Shown: piece after piece, positions 25,214-34,313 of the stretch
Position numbering within the stretch: position 1 is the first letter of the stretch
Layout: every line of letters begins with the position of its first letter
Assembly (NCBI GenBank): GCA_963842395.1
Contig: CAWJGJ010000002.1
Span: 114,978-178,977, forward strand
Length of the DNA: 64,000 nt
Direction: 5' to 3'
Source of the DNA: an uncultured Acidimicrobiales bacterium
Lineage (GTDB): Bacteria; Actinomycetota; Acidimicrobiia; Acidimicrobiales; VFJN01
The notes under the pieces: generated by a model
Databases searched by the model: none
Seen by the model: only the letters and a program-made list of their open reading frames with translations
What the model was told of the DNA's origin: nothing
Position numbers and translations under genes: made by a program

Positions 25214-26122
25214 ATGGCCACCACGTTCCGCGCCGCGGTCGTCCGCACGCCCGGCGGCCCCGATTCCATCGAGATCATCGACATGCCCGTCGTCGAGCCC
25301 GGGCCCGGCCAGGTCCGGGTCGAGATCGCCGGGGCCGCGGTCAACCCCGTCGACCTGGCGCTTGCCGCCGGGGTGTTCCACGGGCTCGGGCTGATCGACC
25401 AGCCCGCCCACGCCGGCCTGGGCTGGGACTTTGCCGGCACCGTCACTGCGGCCGGGCCGGAGGTCGACCTCCCGGTGGGCAGCCGCGTCGCAGGTCTGGT
25501 CGCCGGGTTCGACCGCGACTTCGGCACCTACGCCGAGCAGCTGGTCGTCCCGGCGAGCGACACCGCCCTCGTCCCCGCCGATCTCGACCTGGCCACGGCG
25601 GCCACGGTCCCGCTCAACGGCCTGGCGGCGGCCCAGCTGGTCGACCTGCTCGGCGACGGCGGCGCCCGGCGCCTGCTGGTGACCGGGGCCGCGGGCGCGG
25701 TCGGGGGGTACGTCGTGCCGCTCGCCCAGGACCGCGGCTGGCGGGTCACCGGACTGGCCCGGGCCACCGACGAGAAGTTCGTGCGCGGCCTCGGCGCCGA
25801 CTTCACCACAGAGCCCGCGGCCGGCTGGGACGCGGTCGCCGACGGTGCCGGGCTCCAGGGGCAGGGCGTGGCGCTGGTCCGCGACGGCGGCATCTTCGTC
25901 GGCCTGCTGCCGGGTGCGGCACCCGAGGAGGAGCGCGGCGTCACCGTCCGCGTCGTGGAGACCCGGCCCGACGGGGCCCGCCTCGCCCAGCTCCTCGACG
26001 CCACCGCGAGCGGCCACCTGCCGGCACGGGTGCACGCCGTCGTCCCGCTCGACCAGGTCGCCACCGCCCACCGCGCGGTCGCCCACGGCGGCGTGCGCGG
26101 GCGGTACGTGCTTCGGCCCTGA
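25214..26122 (+). CDS. NADPH:quinone reductase-like MDR oxidoreductase
   Basis: AGGAGG RBS (25204-25209) before ATG 25214. GQVRVEIAGAAVNPVD, LLVTGAAGAVGGYVVPLAQ. Confidence 0.85.
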   Translation: MATTFRAAVVRTPGGPDSIEIIDMPVVEPGPGQVRVEIAGAAVNPVDLALAAGVFHGLGLIDQPAHAGLGWDFAGTVTAAGPEVDLPVGSRVAGLVAGFDRDFGTYAEQLVVPASDTALVPADLDLATAATVPLNGLAAAQLVDLLGDGGARRLLVTGAAGAVGGYVVPLAQDRGWRVTGLARATDEKFVRGLGADFTTEPAAGWDAVADGAGLQGQGVALVRDGGIFVGLLPGAAPEEERGVTVRVVETRPDGARLAQLLDATASGHLPARVHAVVPLDQVATAHRAVAHGGVRGRYVLRP

Positions 26123-26257
26123 CGCCCGCCGGTGCGTCCGGCAGCGCTGTGCGCACACATTTGACCGCTGAATGCGATCAATATGTTGCGATTTCGTGAA
26201 GCTGGCGCGATTGTGGCAGTCAGCGTGTCGCTTCCTGCGGCACGCGAGGAGGGCGAC

Positions 26258-27181
26258 ATGTACCTGTTCACACGCTCTGGACGCTTCGCGACCGGGTCCA
26301 CCCGCGAGGTGGTCTCGTATGTCGGTGAGGTGACCGAAAAGGTCCGCCAGGAGACCGGACTGAGCGTCGACGCCTGGTCGTCGACGTTCTCGCCGGACCT
26401 CGGCACGGTCGTCTGGGCGGTCTTCGCCGAGGATCTCACCGTTCTGGAGCAGGCCAACGACAAGCTTGCGACGTCGGACAGCTTCATCGACCTGATCGAT
26501 CGGGGCGCTCAGCTCTTCGCTGGGCCGGTGTCGGACGGCCTGGCGCAGGTCATGTCCGGTGAGATCGATCCCGCGGCCCCGACCCCGCAGTACGTCTCCG
26601 TCGCCCGGGCGGTCGCGGCCAACGGGCAGCTCCGGGCCGCGCTCGCCGGCGGCGTGGAGATCGCAGAGGCGTCGACGCGGATCACCGGCGTGCCGACCAT
26701 GTTCCTCGTCGACGCCACCGGCCCGTACGGCGGCTGCGCGTGGACGAGCGGCTTCGCCGACGTCGGCGCCCTTCAGCAGGCCGAGGCGACCCTGGCCGCG
26801 GACGCCGGGTGGCTGGACCTGATCGACCGGGTCGGGCCCGCCTACCAGTCGGGAGCGTCGCAGGCGATCTACCGCCACGCCAGAGCTCGAGCGTCGAGCC
26901 GACGGGCGTCGTCAGGAGGTCGACGAGAGCGGTGCGCTCGGCGCTCGGGCGCTTGCGGTCGGCCGCGACGGCGGCGGCGAGGTGCCATCCCCTGGCGTCG
27001 GTGGCCGACGGGTCGGCGCCTGCGTCGAGCAGCAACCGGGCGATCGCGACACGATCGGCCCGGGCACCGGAGCGCAACAGGTGCCACAACGGCGTCAGGC
27101 CCCCGTCGTCCGGCGCGTTCGGATCCGCACCCGCGGCCAGCAACGCGGTTGTCGCGCCCACGAAGCCGGCCTTGGCCGTGA
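26258..27181 (+). CDS. Hypothetical protein with an internally duplicated ~100-aa domain. The last ~100 codons are an Arg-rich tail antisense to the ankyrin gene.
   Basis: GAGGAGGG RBS before ATG 26258. The two halves align (YLFTRSGRF...GLSVDAW...LAQVM versus YVSVARAVA...GVPTMFL...SQAIYR). Coding-like signal ends near 26880, but the first in-frame stop is at 27179-27181. Confidence 0.6.
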   Translation: MYLFTRSGRFATGSTREVVSYVGEVTEKVRQETGLSVDAWSSTFSPDLGTVVWAVFAEDLTVLEQANDKLATSDSFIDLIDRGAQLFAGPVSDGLAQVMSGEIDPAAPTPQYVSVARAVAANGQLRAALAGGVEIAEASTRITGVPTMFLVDATGPYGGCAWTSGFADVGALQQAEATLAADAGWLDLIDRVGPAYQSGASQAIYRHARARASSRRASSGGRRERCARRSGACGRPRRRRRGAIPWRRWPTGRRLRRAATGRSRHDRPGHRSATGATTASGPRRPARSDPHPRPATRLSRPRSRPWP

Positions 27182-28448
27182 AGTGCAACGCCGTCTTGCC
27201 GAAGGCACGGGCGTGGACGTCGGCGCCCGCGTCGACCAGCGCGGTCACGAAGGCCGGGTCGTCCTTGTTGCCGTTGTTGCCCGTGCACGACCGCCAGATC
27301 CATGACTCCCAGCGCGTGGGCGCGTGGTTGACGTCCGCACCGGCGGCGCGCAGCAGGCCGGCGCACTCCCGGTCGAGGATCCACCGGCCGGGGGTGACGA
27401 AGCGAGCATCGGCGCCGATCTCGAGCAGTGTCCGGACGGCCGAGGCGCGTCCCGCGTCCGCGGCGTGCCGGAGCAGGCGGTGCCCGTGGGCGGGACAGCG
27501 GGCACCGAGCTCGGCCAGCACCGTCAGCGTGTCGTCGGGGGCGGCACCCTGGACCGCATGGTCGACCACGGTCGCCCGGTAGAAGTCCGAGGCCGGATCC
27601 GGCTCGTTGGCGAGCGCAGGGTCCGCCACGATCGCGTCGCGGAGCTCGTCCCCGTGACCGAGGAAGGCGGCGGTGAACACGTCATCCACGGCACCGGCGT
27701 CGAGCAGCAGCGCCGCCGCCTGGTGCCTGCGATGCGCCCTGGCCCCGCACAAGGGGGTGAGCATGAGGGTGCCGTGCCCGACGCGTCCCGGCTTGTCGAC
27801 GTCGGCGCCGCGCTCGATGAGCACCCGCAACACGGGCACCCGGCCCCTGCTCGCCGCGGCGTACACCAGCTCGGCCGACCCCGGATCGCGGGGCTCGACG
27901 AGCTGCGGCCGCTCGTCGAGCAGGCGGACGAGCGCCTCGCTGTCCCCCCGCTCGCACAGGGCCACCGCCTCGCGCGTCGGTCGATAGCGCTGCTCACGCA
28001 GCGCACCACGCTCGGCCGGCGCCTCCTCGTTCACGAACGCCTCGGCGATGGGGCGCAATGCCTCCACCACGCGGGCCGCGACGGCCTCGCCCGCGACCTC
28101 GGCCAACGCCCGCCGCGCGTGACCCAGCCAGCGACCCGCATCGGCGGCGGTGATGTGGATGAAGCGGTGCGAGCCCGCCAGGTCGTGATAGGCGAACTGC
28201 GTGTTCCACTCGGGCGGGCCCCCGAAGATCTCGATCAGGAACGCGCCCAACTTGCGGCGCTCGGCTTCGAGGTCGCTCCCGAACTTCGGGCGCAGCGTGC
28301 GATCACCCTCGATGCCGTCGTAGAGGCGCTCCACCACCGCCCGGATCGCATCGGCGCCACCGATGCCACGGATGTCGGCGCCGTCGACGCCCGTCCGGGT
28401 CGCTGGCACGGCGCCGACGGCGCGATGGGCGAGGAGTGGGTGGGTCAT
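26682..28448 (-). CDS. Truncated-hemoglobin (bacterial globin) domain fused to ankyrin repeats. The last ~65 codons are an Arg-rich tail.
   Basis: N-terminus IGGADAIRAVVERLYDGIEGDRTLRPKF ... FLIEIFGGPPEW ... SHRFIHITAADAGRW is trHb-like. At least 5 ankyrin-like units follow (LIERGADVDKPG, LLLDAGAVDD, LLEIGADARF, LVDAGADVHARAFGKTALHFTAKAG, LLAAGADPNAPDDGGLTPLW, LLLDAGADPSATD). ATG 28448. Coding signal ends near 26885, stop at 26682. Confidence 0.75.
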   Translation of the reverse strand: MTHPLLAHRAVGAVPATRTGVDGADIRGIGGADAIRAVVERLYDGIEGDRTLRPKFGSDLEAERRKLGAFLIEIFGGPPEWNTQFAYHDLAGSHRFIHITAADAGRWLGHARRALAEVAGEAVAARVVEALRPIAEAFVNEEAPAERGALREQRYRPTREAVALCERGDSEALVRLLDERPQLVEPRDPGSAELVYAAASRGRVPVLRVLIERGADVDKPGRVGHGTLMLTPLCGARAHRRHQAAALLLDAGAVDDVFTAAFLGHGDELRDAIVADPALANEPDPASDFYRATVVDHAVQGAAPDDTLTVLAELGARCPAHGHRLLRHAADAGRASAVRTLLEIGADARFVTPGRWILDRECAGLLRAAGADVNHAPTRWESWIWRSCTGNNGNKDDPAFVTALVDAGADVHARAFGKTALHFTAKAGFVGATTALLAAGADPNAPDDGGLTPLWHLLRSGARADRVAIARLLLDAGADPSATDARGWHLAAAVAADRKRPSAERTALVDLLTTPVGSTLELWRGGRSPATLPTGRRARPGRSGPATRRPRPGSPRPAEGRRRRRSRSSTRSRRTGRWRRRGTWSARR

Positions 28449-28691
28449 CGAGGCGGGGCCGTACGCGGCAGGAGTCCATCGAGCGGAGCATCCCTGGTGG
28501 CGACCGTCCGAACGGCGCCTGCCAGGTGGTCTCTGGCGTAGTCGAGGCTCATCGGGTGGACAGCCTCGCACCCCCGACCGTCCGGCGCAGCGAGCGACAC
28601 GCGAGGACAGCCACGGTGTCGACCTGATGGCGCGGCGGTCCGGCCTCGTACGCTCGGGCGAGGGCGGGCGTGTCGACGAGGAGGTCGTGTC

Positions 28692-29609
28692 ATGCCGAGG
28701 GCCGTCCGGTTCGAGCGCTACGGCGATGTCGATGTGCTGCAGGTGGTCGACGTGCCCCGTCCCGTGCCGGAGGACGGCCAGGTGGTGGTGCGGGTCGAGG
28801 CGGCCGGCATCAACCCCGGGGAAGCGGCGATCCGCCGTGGCCTGCTGCACGAGAGGTGGCCGGCCACGTTCCCCTCGGGGCAGGGCAGCGACCTGGCCGG
28901 GGTCGTCGACGAGCTCGGCCCCGGGGTGGAGGGGGTGGCGGTCGGCGACGAGGTGATCGGCTTCACGCACGACCGGGCCAGCCACGCCGAGGTGGTCGTC
29001 GTCGACGTCGACCACCTGACTCCGCGCCCCGCCGGAGTGCCGTGGGAGATCGCCGGCGCGCTCTTCGTCGCCGGTGCCACGGCCCACGCCGCGGTGCACG
29101 CCGTGGCCGCAGCCGAGGGGGACACGGTCGTCGTCTCCGGCGCCGCCGGCGGCGTCGGGACGATCGCCGGGCAGCTGGCGGGCCACGGCGGCGCCACGGT
29201 GCTCGGGCTCGCCAGCCCGCCCCACCACGGCTGGCTGCGCGATCACGGCATCGTGCCGGTGGCATACGGCGACGGCGTGGAGCAACGCATCCGGGACGCC
29301 GCAGGGGCGGTGGACGCGTTCATCGACACGTTCGGCGGCGGCTACGTCGACATGGCCGTCTCCCTGGGCGTCGCCCCCGACCGCATCGACACGATCGCCG
29401 ACTTCGCCGCCGCGCAGCGCCACGGCGCCAAGACCGACGGCAACATGGCCGGCGCCCGCGCCGAGGTCATGGCCGAGCTGGCCGGCCTGATCGCGTCCGG
29501 CCGCCTCGAGGTACCGATCGCTCGCACCTATCCCCTCGCCGAGGTCCGCGCCGCCTACCGCGAGCTGGAGCAGCGCCACACCCTCGGCAAGATCGTCCTC
29601 ATCCCCTGA
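28692..29609 (+). CDS. NADP-dependent quinone oxidoreductase (MDR)
   Basis: MPRAVRFERYGDVDVLQVVDVPRP ... VVVSGAAGGVGTIAGQLA ... GKIVLIP. Confidence 0.9.
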   Translation: MPRAVRFERYGDVDVLQVVDVPRPVPEDGQVVVRVEAAGINPGEAAIRRGLLHERWPATFPSGQGSDLAGVVDELGPGVEGVAVGDEVIGFTHDRASHAEVVVVDVDHLTPRPAGVPWEIAGALFVAGATAHAAVHAVAAAEGDTVVVSGAAGGVGTIAGQLAGHGGATVLGLASPPHHGWLRDHGIVPVAYGDGVEQRIRDAAGAVDAFIDTFGGGYVDMAVSLGVAPDRIDTIADFAAAQRHGAKTDGNMAGARAEVMAELAGLIASGRLEVPIARTYPLAEVRAAYRELEQRHTLGKIVLIP

Positions 29610-29670
29610 CGTCCGACCCTCGCCGGCGCCGCGCGTGCGCCATCATCCAGCGTCCGCCGCGACCGTGGGG

Positions 29671-30543
29671 TCACGCCGATTCGAGCTGCCCGCGGACGAC
29701 GTTGAACACCGTGCCGTCCATCCGCAGCGAGTCATCGGTCTCGTATCGACTCCGCAACTCGCCGAAGCGGGCGTCGGGGTCCACGGTCAGCTCCGCCACG
29801 GTGTCGAAGCAGTCGAGCACGGCGTCGGTGGGTTGCTCGCCCGGTTCCCAGCCTGCTCCCCAGACGTCCCAGGGAAGCATCTCGACCTTGTTCAGGGACG
29901 CGAGATCGAGCCGCAGGTTGCCCGCGATCCAGTGCGCACCGTGCACGTCGATGGCGGACAGCCCGCAGCGGCCGGCGTCGAGCTCGCCGCGGCGCCACGC
30001 CTGCCAGGCATGTCCTGCGGTCACGAACTCCGTCGCCGAGATCGCGAAGCGGTCGCCCTCGAAGTCGATCATCCGTCGCCAGGTGGCATCGAGCTGCGCG
30101 TCCACCATCTGCCACCGCGCGGCCGCTGCGTCCCAGTACTCCGCGACCCAGTGATCCTCGAGCCATCCCGGCCGGAAGTACGCGCCGAACCCGCAACGCG
30201 CTCGTGCGGGTACGCCGGCTCCTCGGAGCAACGCCACCGTCAGCCGGCTGAACGCGTGGCAGCGGGCGCCGACCCGGTTGGCCGCGGGCCGGGCCTCGCG
30301 GAGCGGACGGGCGTCCACCGCTCGGGCCGCCGCCAGGAGGCGAGCCGAGTCGCGTTCGTGGATCGTGTCGGCCTGCCGGGGGGTGAGCTCGACGCCGTAG
30401 AACGGCTGGGCGACGACGTCGTAGATCAGCAGGCCCTGTACGACGTCCACGACCTCTCGGAGGTCGCCGGAGCAGAGATCGCTGTCGTCGAGGGCGGTGA
30501 AGCGGCCGGGCGTGGCATAGAAGTCGAACGTCTCCTGATCCAC
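29671..30543 (-). CDS. Transglutaminase-like (papain-fold) domain protein
   Basis: Cys/His/Asp context GARCHAFSRLTVALLRGAGVPARARCGF ... EDHWVAEYW ... WQMVDAQ. Confidence 0.8.
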   Translation of the reverse strand: MDQETFDFYATPGRFTALDDSDLCSGDLREVVDVVQGLLIYDVVAQPFYGVELTPRQADTIHERDSARLLAAARAVDARPLREARPAANRVGARCHAFSRLTVALLRGAGVPARARCGFGAYFRPGWLEDHWVAEYWDAAAARWQMVDAQLDATWRRMIDFEGDRFAISATEFVTAGHAWQAWRRGELDAGRCGLSAIDVHGAHWIAGNLRLDLASLNKVEMLPWDVWGAGWEPGEQPTDAVLDCFDTVAELTVDPDARFGELRSRYETDDSLRMDGTVFNVVRGQLESA

Positions 30544-30622
30544 GCACCAATGCTCCCACGGCCAGTCTCCTGCCGTCGTCGGGGACGAGCGTGGCGACCG
30601 GTCCGGCGCGCCACCGATGCCG

Positions 30623-31543
30623 CTACGAGGTGCGGTGGCGGACCCACCAGTAGCAGGCGAACGCGAGGGCGACGCCGAGGCAGCAGAAGATGACCGACTC
30701 CCACACCTGCAGCGTCCAGAACTGACTGCCCGGGTGGGCCTTGACCACCTCGTGGAGGCCGAGCTGGTCGGCGCACTGCATGTAGCTCGCCTCGGAGCTC
30801 GTGCGCGTCAGGTTGCACGCTTCTGTCAGCACCCGGTCGGCTGCGCCGCCGGGGAGCACATGGCCGGATCCGTCGACCGTCGAGCTCGACATCACCCAGG
30901 CGCCCGTGGTCGAGGCGTGCTCGTCGGGCGGGCCGAACAGGGTCAGGGGGCGCGTAAGCGTGACGGTGTCGACGAGCCGCGGCCTCACCACCCACTGGAA
31001 CGTGAACCGGGCCACGAAGAACCCGACGAGGGTCACGGCCATGGCGGGCAACGTCCGGCGGACGATCGCGCCGACCAGCGCGCCGAGGGCGAGGGCGAAC
31101 AGCGCGTAGGCGACGGGGGCGATGCCGCGCTGCCCGAAGTTCGCGGTGCCGATCCGGTTGCCGTGCGCGTCGAGGGGCAGCGACCACCACGTGAACAGCG
31201 CGGCGAACACCGCGGTCACCACGACCGTCGCGGCAGCGAGCACGACGAGCTTCGTCCCGAGCCACCGGCCGCGCGTGACCCCCTGTGTCCACGCGAGCCG
31301 GTGGGTCCCGAGCTCCAGCTCGCGGGCGAGCAGCGGCGCGCCCCAGAAAGCACCGATCGCAGCGGGCACCCCGATGAGCACCGTGCCCAGAAGCTGCAGC
31401 GACGAGTAGACCGTCGAGAGGTTCTCCTCGGGCGTGGATGCGATGTGATCCCGGGTGGCGACGAGGACGACGGCCACTGCCGCCACCGCCCCGACGGCGA
31501 ACAGGGCCTGGGCTCTGGCCTGTCGCCAGGCGAGCCACGTCAT
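30623..31543 (-). CDS. ABC-2-type transporter permease
   Basis: Six hydrophobic segments. 4-nt overlap with the upstream ABC ATPase gene. Typical third gene of YtrA-type operons. Confidence 0.8.
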   Translation of the reverse strand: MTWLAWRQARAQALFAVGAVAAVAVVLVATRDHIASTPEENLSTVYSSLQLLGTVLIGVPAAIGAFWGAPLLARELELGTHRLAWTQGVTRGRWLGTKLVVLAAATVVVTAVFAALFTWWSLPLDAHGNRIGTANFGQRGIAPVAYALFALALGALVGAIVRRTLPAMAVTLVGFFVARFTFQWVVRPRLVDTVTLTRPLTLFGPPDEHASTTGAWVMSSSTVDGSGHVLPGGAADRVLTEACNLTRTSSEASYMQCADQLGLHEVVKAHPGSQFWTLQVWESVIFCCLGVALAFACYWWVRHRTS

Positions 31544-32430
31544 GACCGCACCGCCGCGAGCGGCGCCGGTTGGCGCGTCGGGTCGGTGCTCGCCATGTAG
31601 GCCAGCACGAGCTCCTCGAGCCCGACGTCGGTGACGGCCCAGGACGGGTCGAGGATCGGCTCGGCCGTGCGGACGAGCACGGTGGTCTGGCGGTCGGTGT
31701 GGGTCGCCCGCACCACGGCCTGGTCGTGGGGCATCGACCGCATGTCACGGCGCGGACCGGTGAGCAGCTTGTGCCCGCTCAGGAGCTCATCGACCGAGCC
31801 GGCGAGCTGCACGTGCCCCTCGGTCATCACGATCAGGTGGTCGCACACGCGCTCGACGTCGGAGAGCAGGTGCGACGACAGGATGATGGTCGGCTGCCGG
31901 TCCGCCATGAGCTCCATGACGTCGGCGAGGAACGTGCGTCGAGCAAGCGGGTCGAGGCTGGCCACAGGCTCGTCGAGCACGAGCAGCTCGGGCTGCTTGC
32001 CGAGGGCGAGAGTGAGCGCGAGCTGGGAGCGCTGGCCGCCGGAGAGCTTGCCGGCCCGCTGGGCGAGGTCCAGCCCGAGTCGCTCGATCCGCTCGGTTGC
32101 CATCGCCGCGTCCCAGCCGGGGTTCATGTGCGCACCGAGGCGCAGGTGATCGGCGACCGACAGCCACGGGTACGCCGGTGCGTCCTGGGCGACGAAGCCG
32201 ACCTTGGCGAGCTGTGCGGCATCCGCTCCCGGGCGCCCGCCGAGCACGACGAGCGAGCCCTCCGTGGGTTCCAGCAGCCCGGCGGTGAGGTGGAGGAGCG
32301 TCGACTTGCCTGCGCCGTTGGCGCCGACCACGCCGACCACGGACTCCTCGGGGATCCTCAGCGTGCAGTCCCGTAGTGCCCACCGCCTGCCGTAGCGCTT
32401 GCCCAGGGCTTCAGCGACGATCGCGCTCAC
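31540..32430 (-). CDS. ABC transporter ATP-binding protein
   Basis: Walker A GANGAGKST, signature LSGGQRSQL, Walker B LLVLDEP. Confidence 0.9.
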   Translation of the reverse strand: MSAIVAEALGKRYGRRWALRDCTLRIPEESVVGVVGANGAGKSTLLHLTAGLLEPTEGSLVVLGGRPGADAAQLAKVGFVAQDAPAYPWLSVADHLRLGAHMNPGWDAAMATERIERLGLDLAQRAGKLSGGQRSQLALTLALGKQPELLVLDEPVASLDPLARRTFLADVMELMADRQPTIILSSHLLSDVERVCDHLIVMTEGHVQLAGSVDELLSGHKLLTGPRRDMRSMPHDQAVVRATHTDRQTTVLVRTAEPILDPSWAVTDVGLEELVLAYMASTDPTRQPAPLAAVRS

Positions 32431-32835
32431 TCACGCCACCCCCTTGTCGGAGGAGGCGTGAAAGGTGCTCTCGAACAGCGCGGAGATGCTGGCGTCGTCG
32501 AGCCCCGCCCGGCGGGCCTTCTCCAGCCACCGGCTCAGCTCCGACCGCAGCCCCTTGTGGGCGGCGACCGATTCCTGCGCGAGGGACCTCGTGACGAACG
32601 TGCCCAGTCCCGGGCGACCCGCCGCGAGACCCTCGTGCTCGAGCTCCCGGTACGCCTTGAGGACAGTGTTCGGGTTGATAGCCACCTGGCCCACGACGTC
32701 CTTGACCGTCGGGAGCTGATCGCCCTCCCGCAACAGCCCGAGGTGGAGCGCCTGCCGCACCTGGTGAACGATCTGGCGGTACGGCGGCACCCCGGAATGG
32801 AGGTCGATGCGGAACTCGATCACCCGCTCCACCAT
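32431..32835 (-). CDS. GntR-family regulator, YtrA subfamily
   Basis: PPYRQIVHQVRQALHLGLLREGDQLPTVKDVVGQVAINPNTVLKAYRELEHEGL. Short C-terminal domain. Stop abuts the ABC ATPase start. Confidence 0.9.
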   Translation of the reverse strand: MVERVIEFRIDLHSGVPPYRQIVHQVRQALHLGLLREGDQLPTVKDVVGQVAINPNTVLKAYRELEHEGLAAGRPGLGTFVTRSLAQESVAAHKGLRSELSRWLEKARRAGLDDASISALFESTFHASSDKGVA

Positions 32836-32914
32836 TCATCTATTGTCATAGAGGAATAGTGGAATCCAGGTGGGCCCGCTGTCAACCCCTGCGGGTGGCG
32901 GCGACCGCGCGGGG

Positions 32915-33463
32915 TCAGGGCTGGTAGGTCGCCAGGATGATCCCGTTGCTCAGGACCCTCGAGTCGGTGAGCTCGAAGGTCGCCGTCGTCCCGGGGCGGT
33001 ACAGCAGGTCGGCGGCGTCGCTGGGCCCGACCAGCTGCGGATGGATCCACAGCTGGAGCTCGTCGACCAGGCCGTTGTCGAGCAGGAGGCGGGAGACGTC
33101 GCCGAAGCCGTAATGCACGATGTCGCCGCCGTCCTCGCCCTTGAGGTCGCGGACACGCCCGACGACGTCGCCGGCGATCACCTCGGTGTTCGCCCACTGC
33201 GGATCGGTGAGCGTGGTGGAGACGACGACCTTGCGCATCGTGTTGATGCGGTCCGAATACGGGTCGCCGCTGCGGCTCGACCAGGCGGGGGCGAACCCGT
33301 CGTAGGTGCGGCGCCCCATCAGGACGATGTCACAGGTCTCCAGCAGGTCGGTCTGGATCCGGTCGCCTTCGCCCGACGTCCCGGCCTTCAACGGGGGCCA
33401 GAGGTGCGGGCCTTCGACCACGCCGTCGAGCGTGATGTACATGGAGTTGATCAGCTGTCGCAT
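32915..33463 (-). CDS. Dihydrofolate-reductase-like (RibD C-terminal domain) family protein, second copy
   Basis: MRQLINSMYITLDGVVEGP ... IVLMGRRTYDGFAPAW ... DELQLWIHPQLVG. ATG 33463. Confidence 0.85.
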   Translation of the reverse strand: MRQLINSMYITLDGVVEGPHLWPPLKAGTSGEGDRIQTDLLETCDIVLMGRRTYDGFAPAWSSRSGDPYSDRINTMRKVVVSTTLTDPQWANTEVIAGDVVGRVRDLKGEDGGDIVHYGFGDVSRLLLDNGLVDELQLWIHPQLVGPSDAADLLYRPGTTATFELTDSRVLSNGIILATYQP

Positions 33464-33514
33464 CGGATGTGGTCTAGCCGCGGTCGGACGCGCCGTCTTG
33501 AACGCCAGCGACAA

Positions 33515-34216
33515 CTATCGGTCCGGCGCCGAGCCCGCGATGTGCGACGGGGTCTGCCCGACGAAGCGCTTGAGGGATCTCGTCAGGTGGGGCTGGTCGG
33601 CGTAGCCGGTCCGGCGCGCCACGTCGGGCGCGGGCACGTTCCGGGACAGCAGCTCGACCGCCTGCTCGGCCCGCCGGATCCGCCCGATGGCGCCCCGGCT
33701 CAGGCCCATGGCCCGTGCGATCCGTCGTTCCAACGAGCGGGTGGAGAAGCCCTCGACGTCCCCCCGCAGGGCCTCGGCCACGATCGGGTCGTGCACCAGC
33801 AGGCCCGCGCTGACGAGCTTGTCGACGAAGGCGTCGGCGGTGTCCGGGCCCGGGAGCTCCCAGGCCGACCCGTCGAGCCGGAACGACATGGGCGTCGTCT
33901 CCGGCATCGTCAGCGCGCGGTCGACCAGCCGGCCCGGCGGCAGGCTGGGCATGAACGTGCCGGTGCTGAACTCGATGCCGAAGAACTCCGCGTCAGGGGG
34001 GATCGGCACGGTCGTCGCCCTCGTCTCGGGTCCCCGCACGGTCAGCCACGCTGCGCCCCGTTGCCGCGTGACGACCATCTCCCAATGGGCGGCGGCCACC
34101 GAGATGAACGACTCCTCGGGTTCGCTCCGGGACCGCCACGTCACGTCGACCAGGGTCGAGCGTGACGAGCGAGCCTCCAGTGCGAACAGCTCGACGGCGC
34201 GCTTCATGGCCACCAC
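33515..34216 (-). CDS. AraC-family transcriptional regulator
   Basis: C-terminal HTH pair (STRSLERRIARAMGLSRGAIGRIRRAEQAVELL ... VARRTGYADQPHLTRSLKRFVGQTP). Alternative ATG at 34207. Confidence 0.8.
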   Translation of the reverse strand: MVAMKRAVELFALEARSSRSTLVDVTWRSRSEPEESFISVAAAHWEMVVTRQRGAAWLTVRGPETRATTVPIPPDAEFFGIEFSTGTFMPSLPPGRLVDRALTMPETTPMSFRLDGSAWELPGPDTADAFVDKLVSAGLLVHDPIVAEALRGDVEGFSTRSLERRIARAMGLSRGAIGRIRRAEQAVELLSRNVPAPDVARRTGYADQPHLTRSLKRFVGQTPSHIAGSAPDR

Positions 34217-34313
34217 GACGGACGGCGGGCGGGGAACTCATCGCTCCCCCGCCGTGACCGTCGGCTCGACCGGCCGCCGCTGCCCGCCTGCAGAAAGGTC
34301 ATAGGTTCGTGGG

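Noticed and set aside
26879-26893. Overlapping SacI/XhoI-type sites (GAGCTCGAG) exactly at the junction of the two convergent genes, which could suggest a cloning scar.
   Set aside because: Such GC-rich hexamers are expected by chance in this composition, and there is no vector-like sequence around. I kept only the deletion-junction hypothesis.
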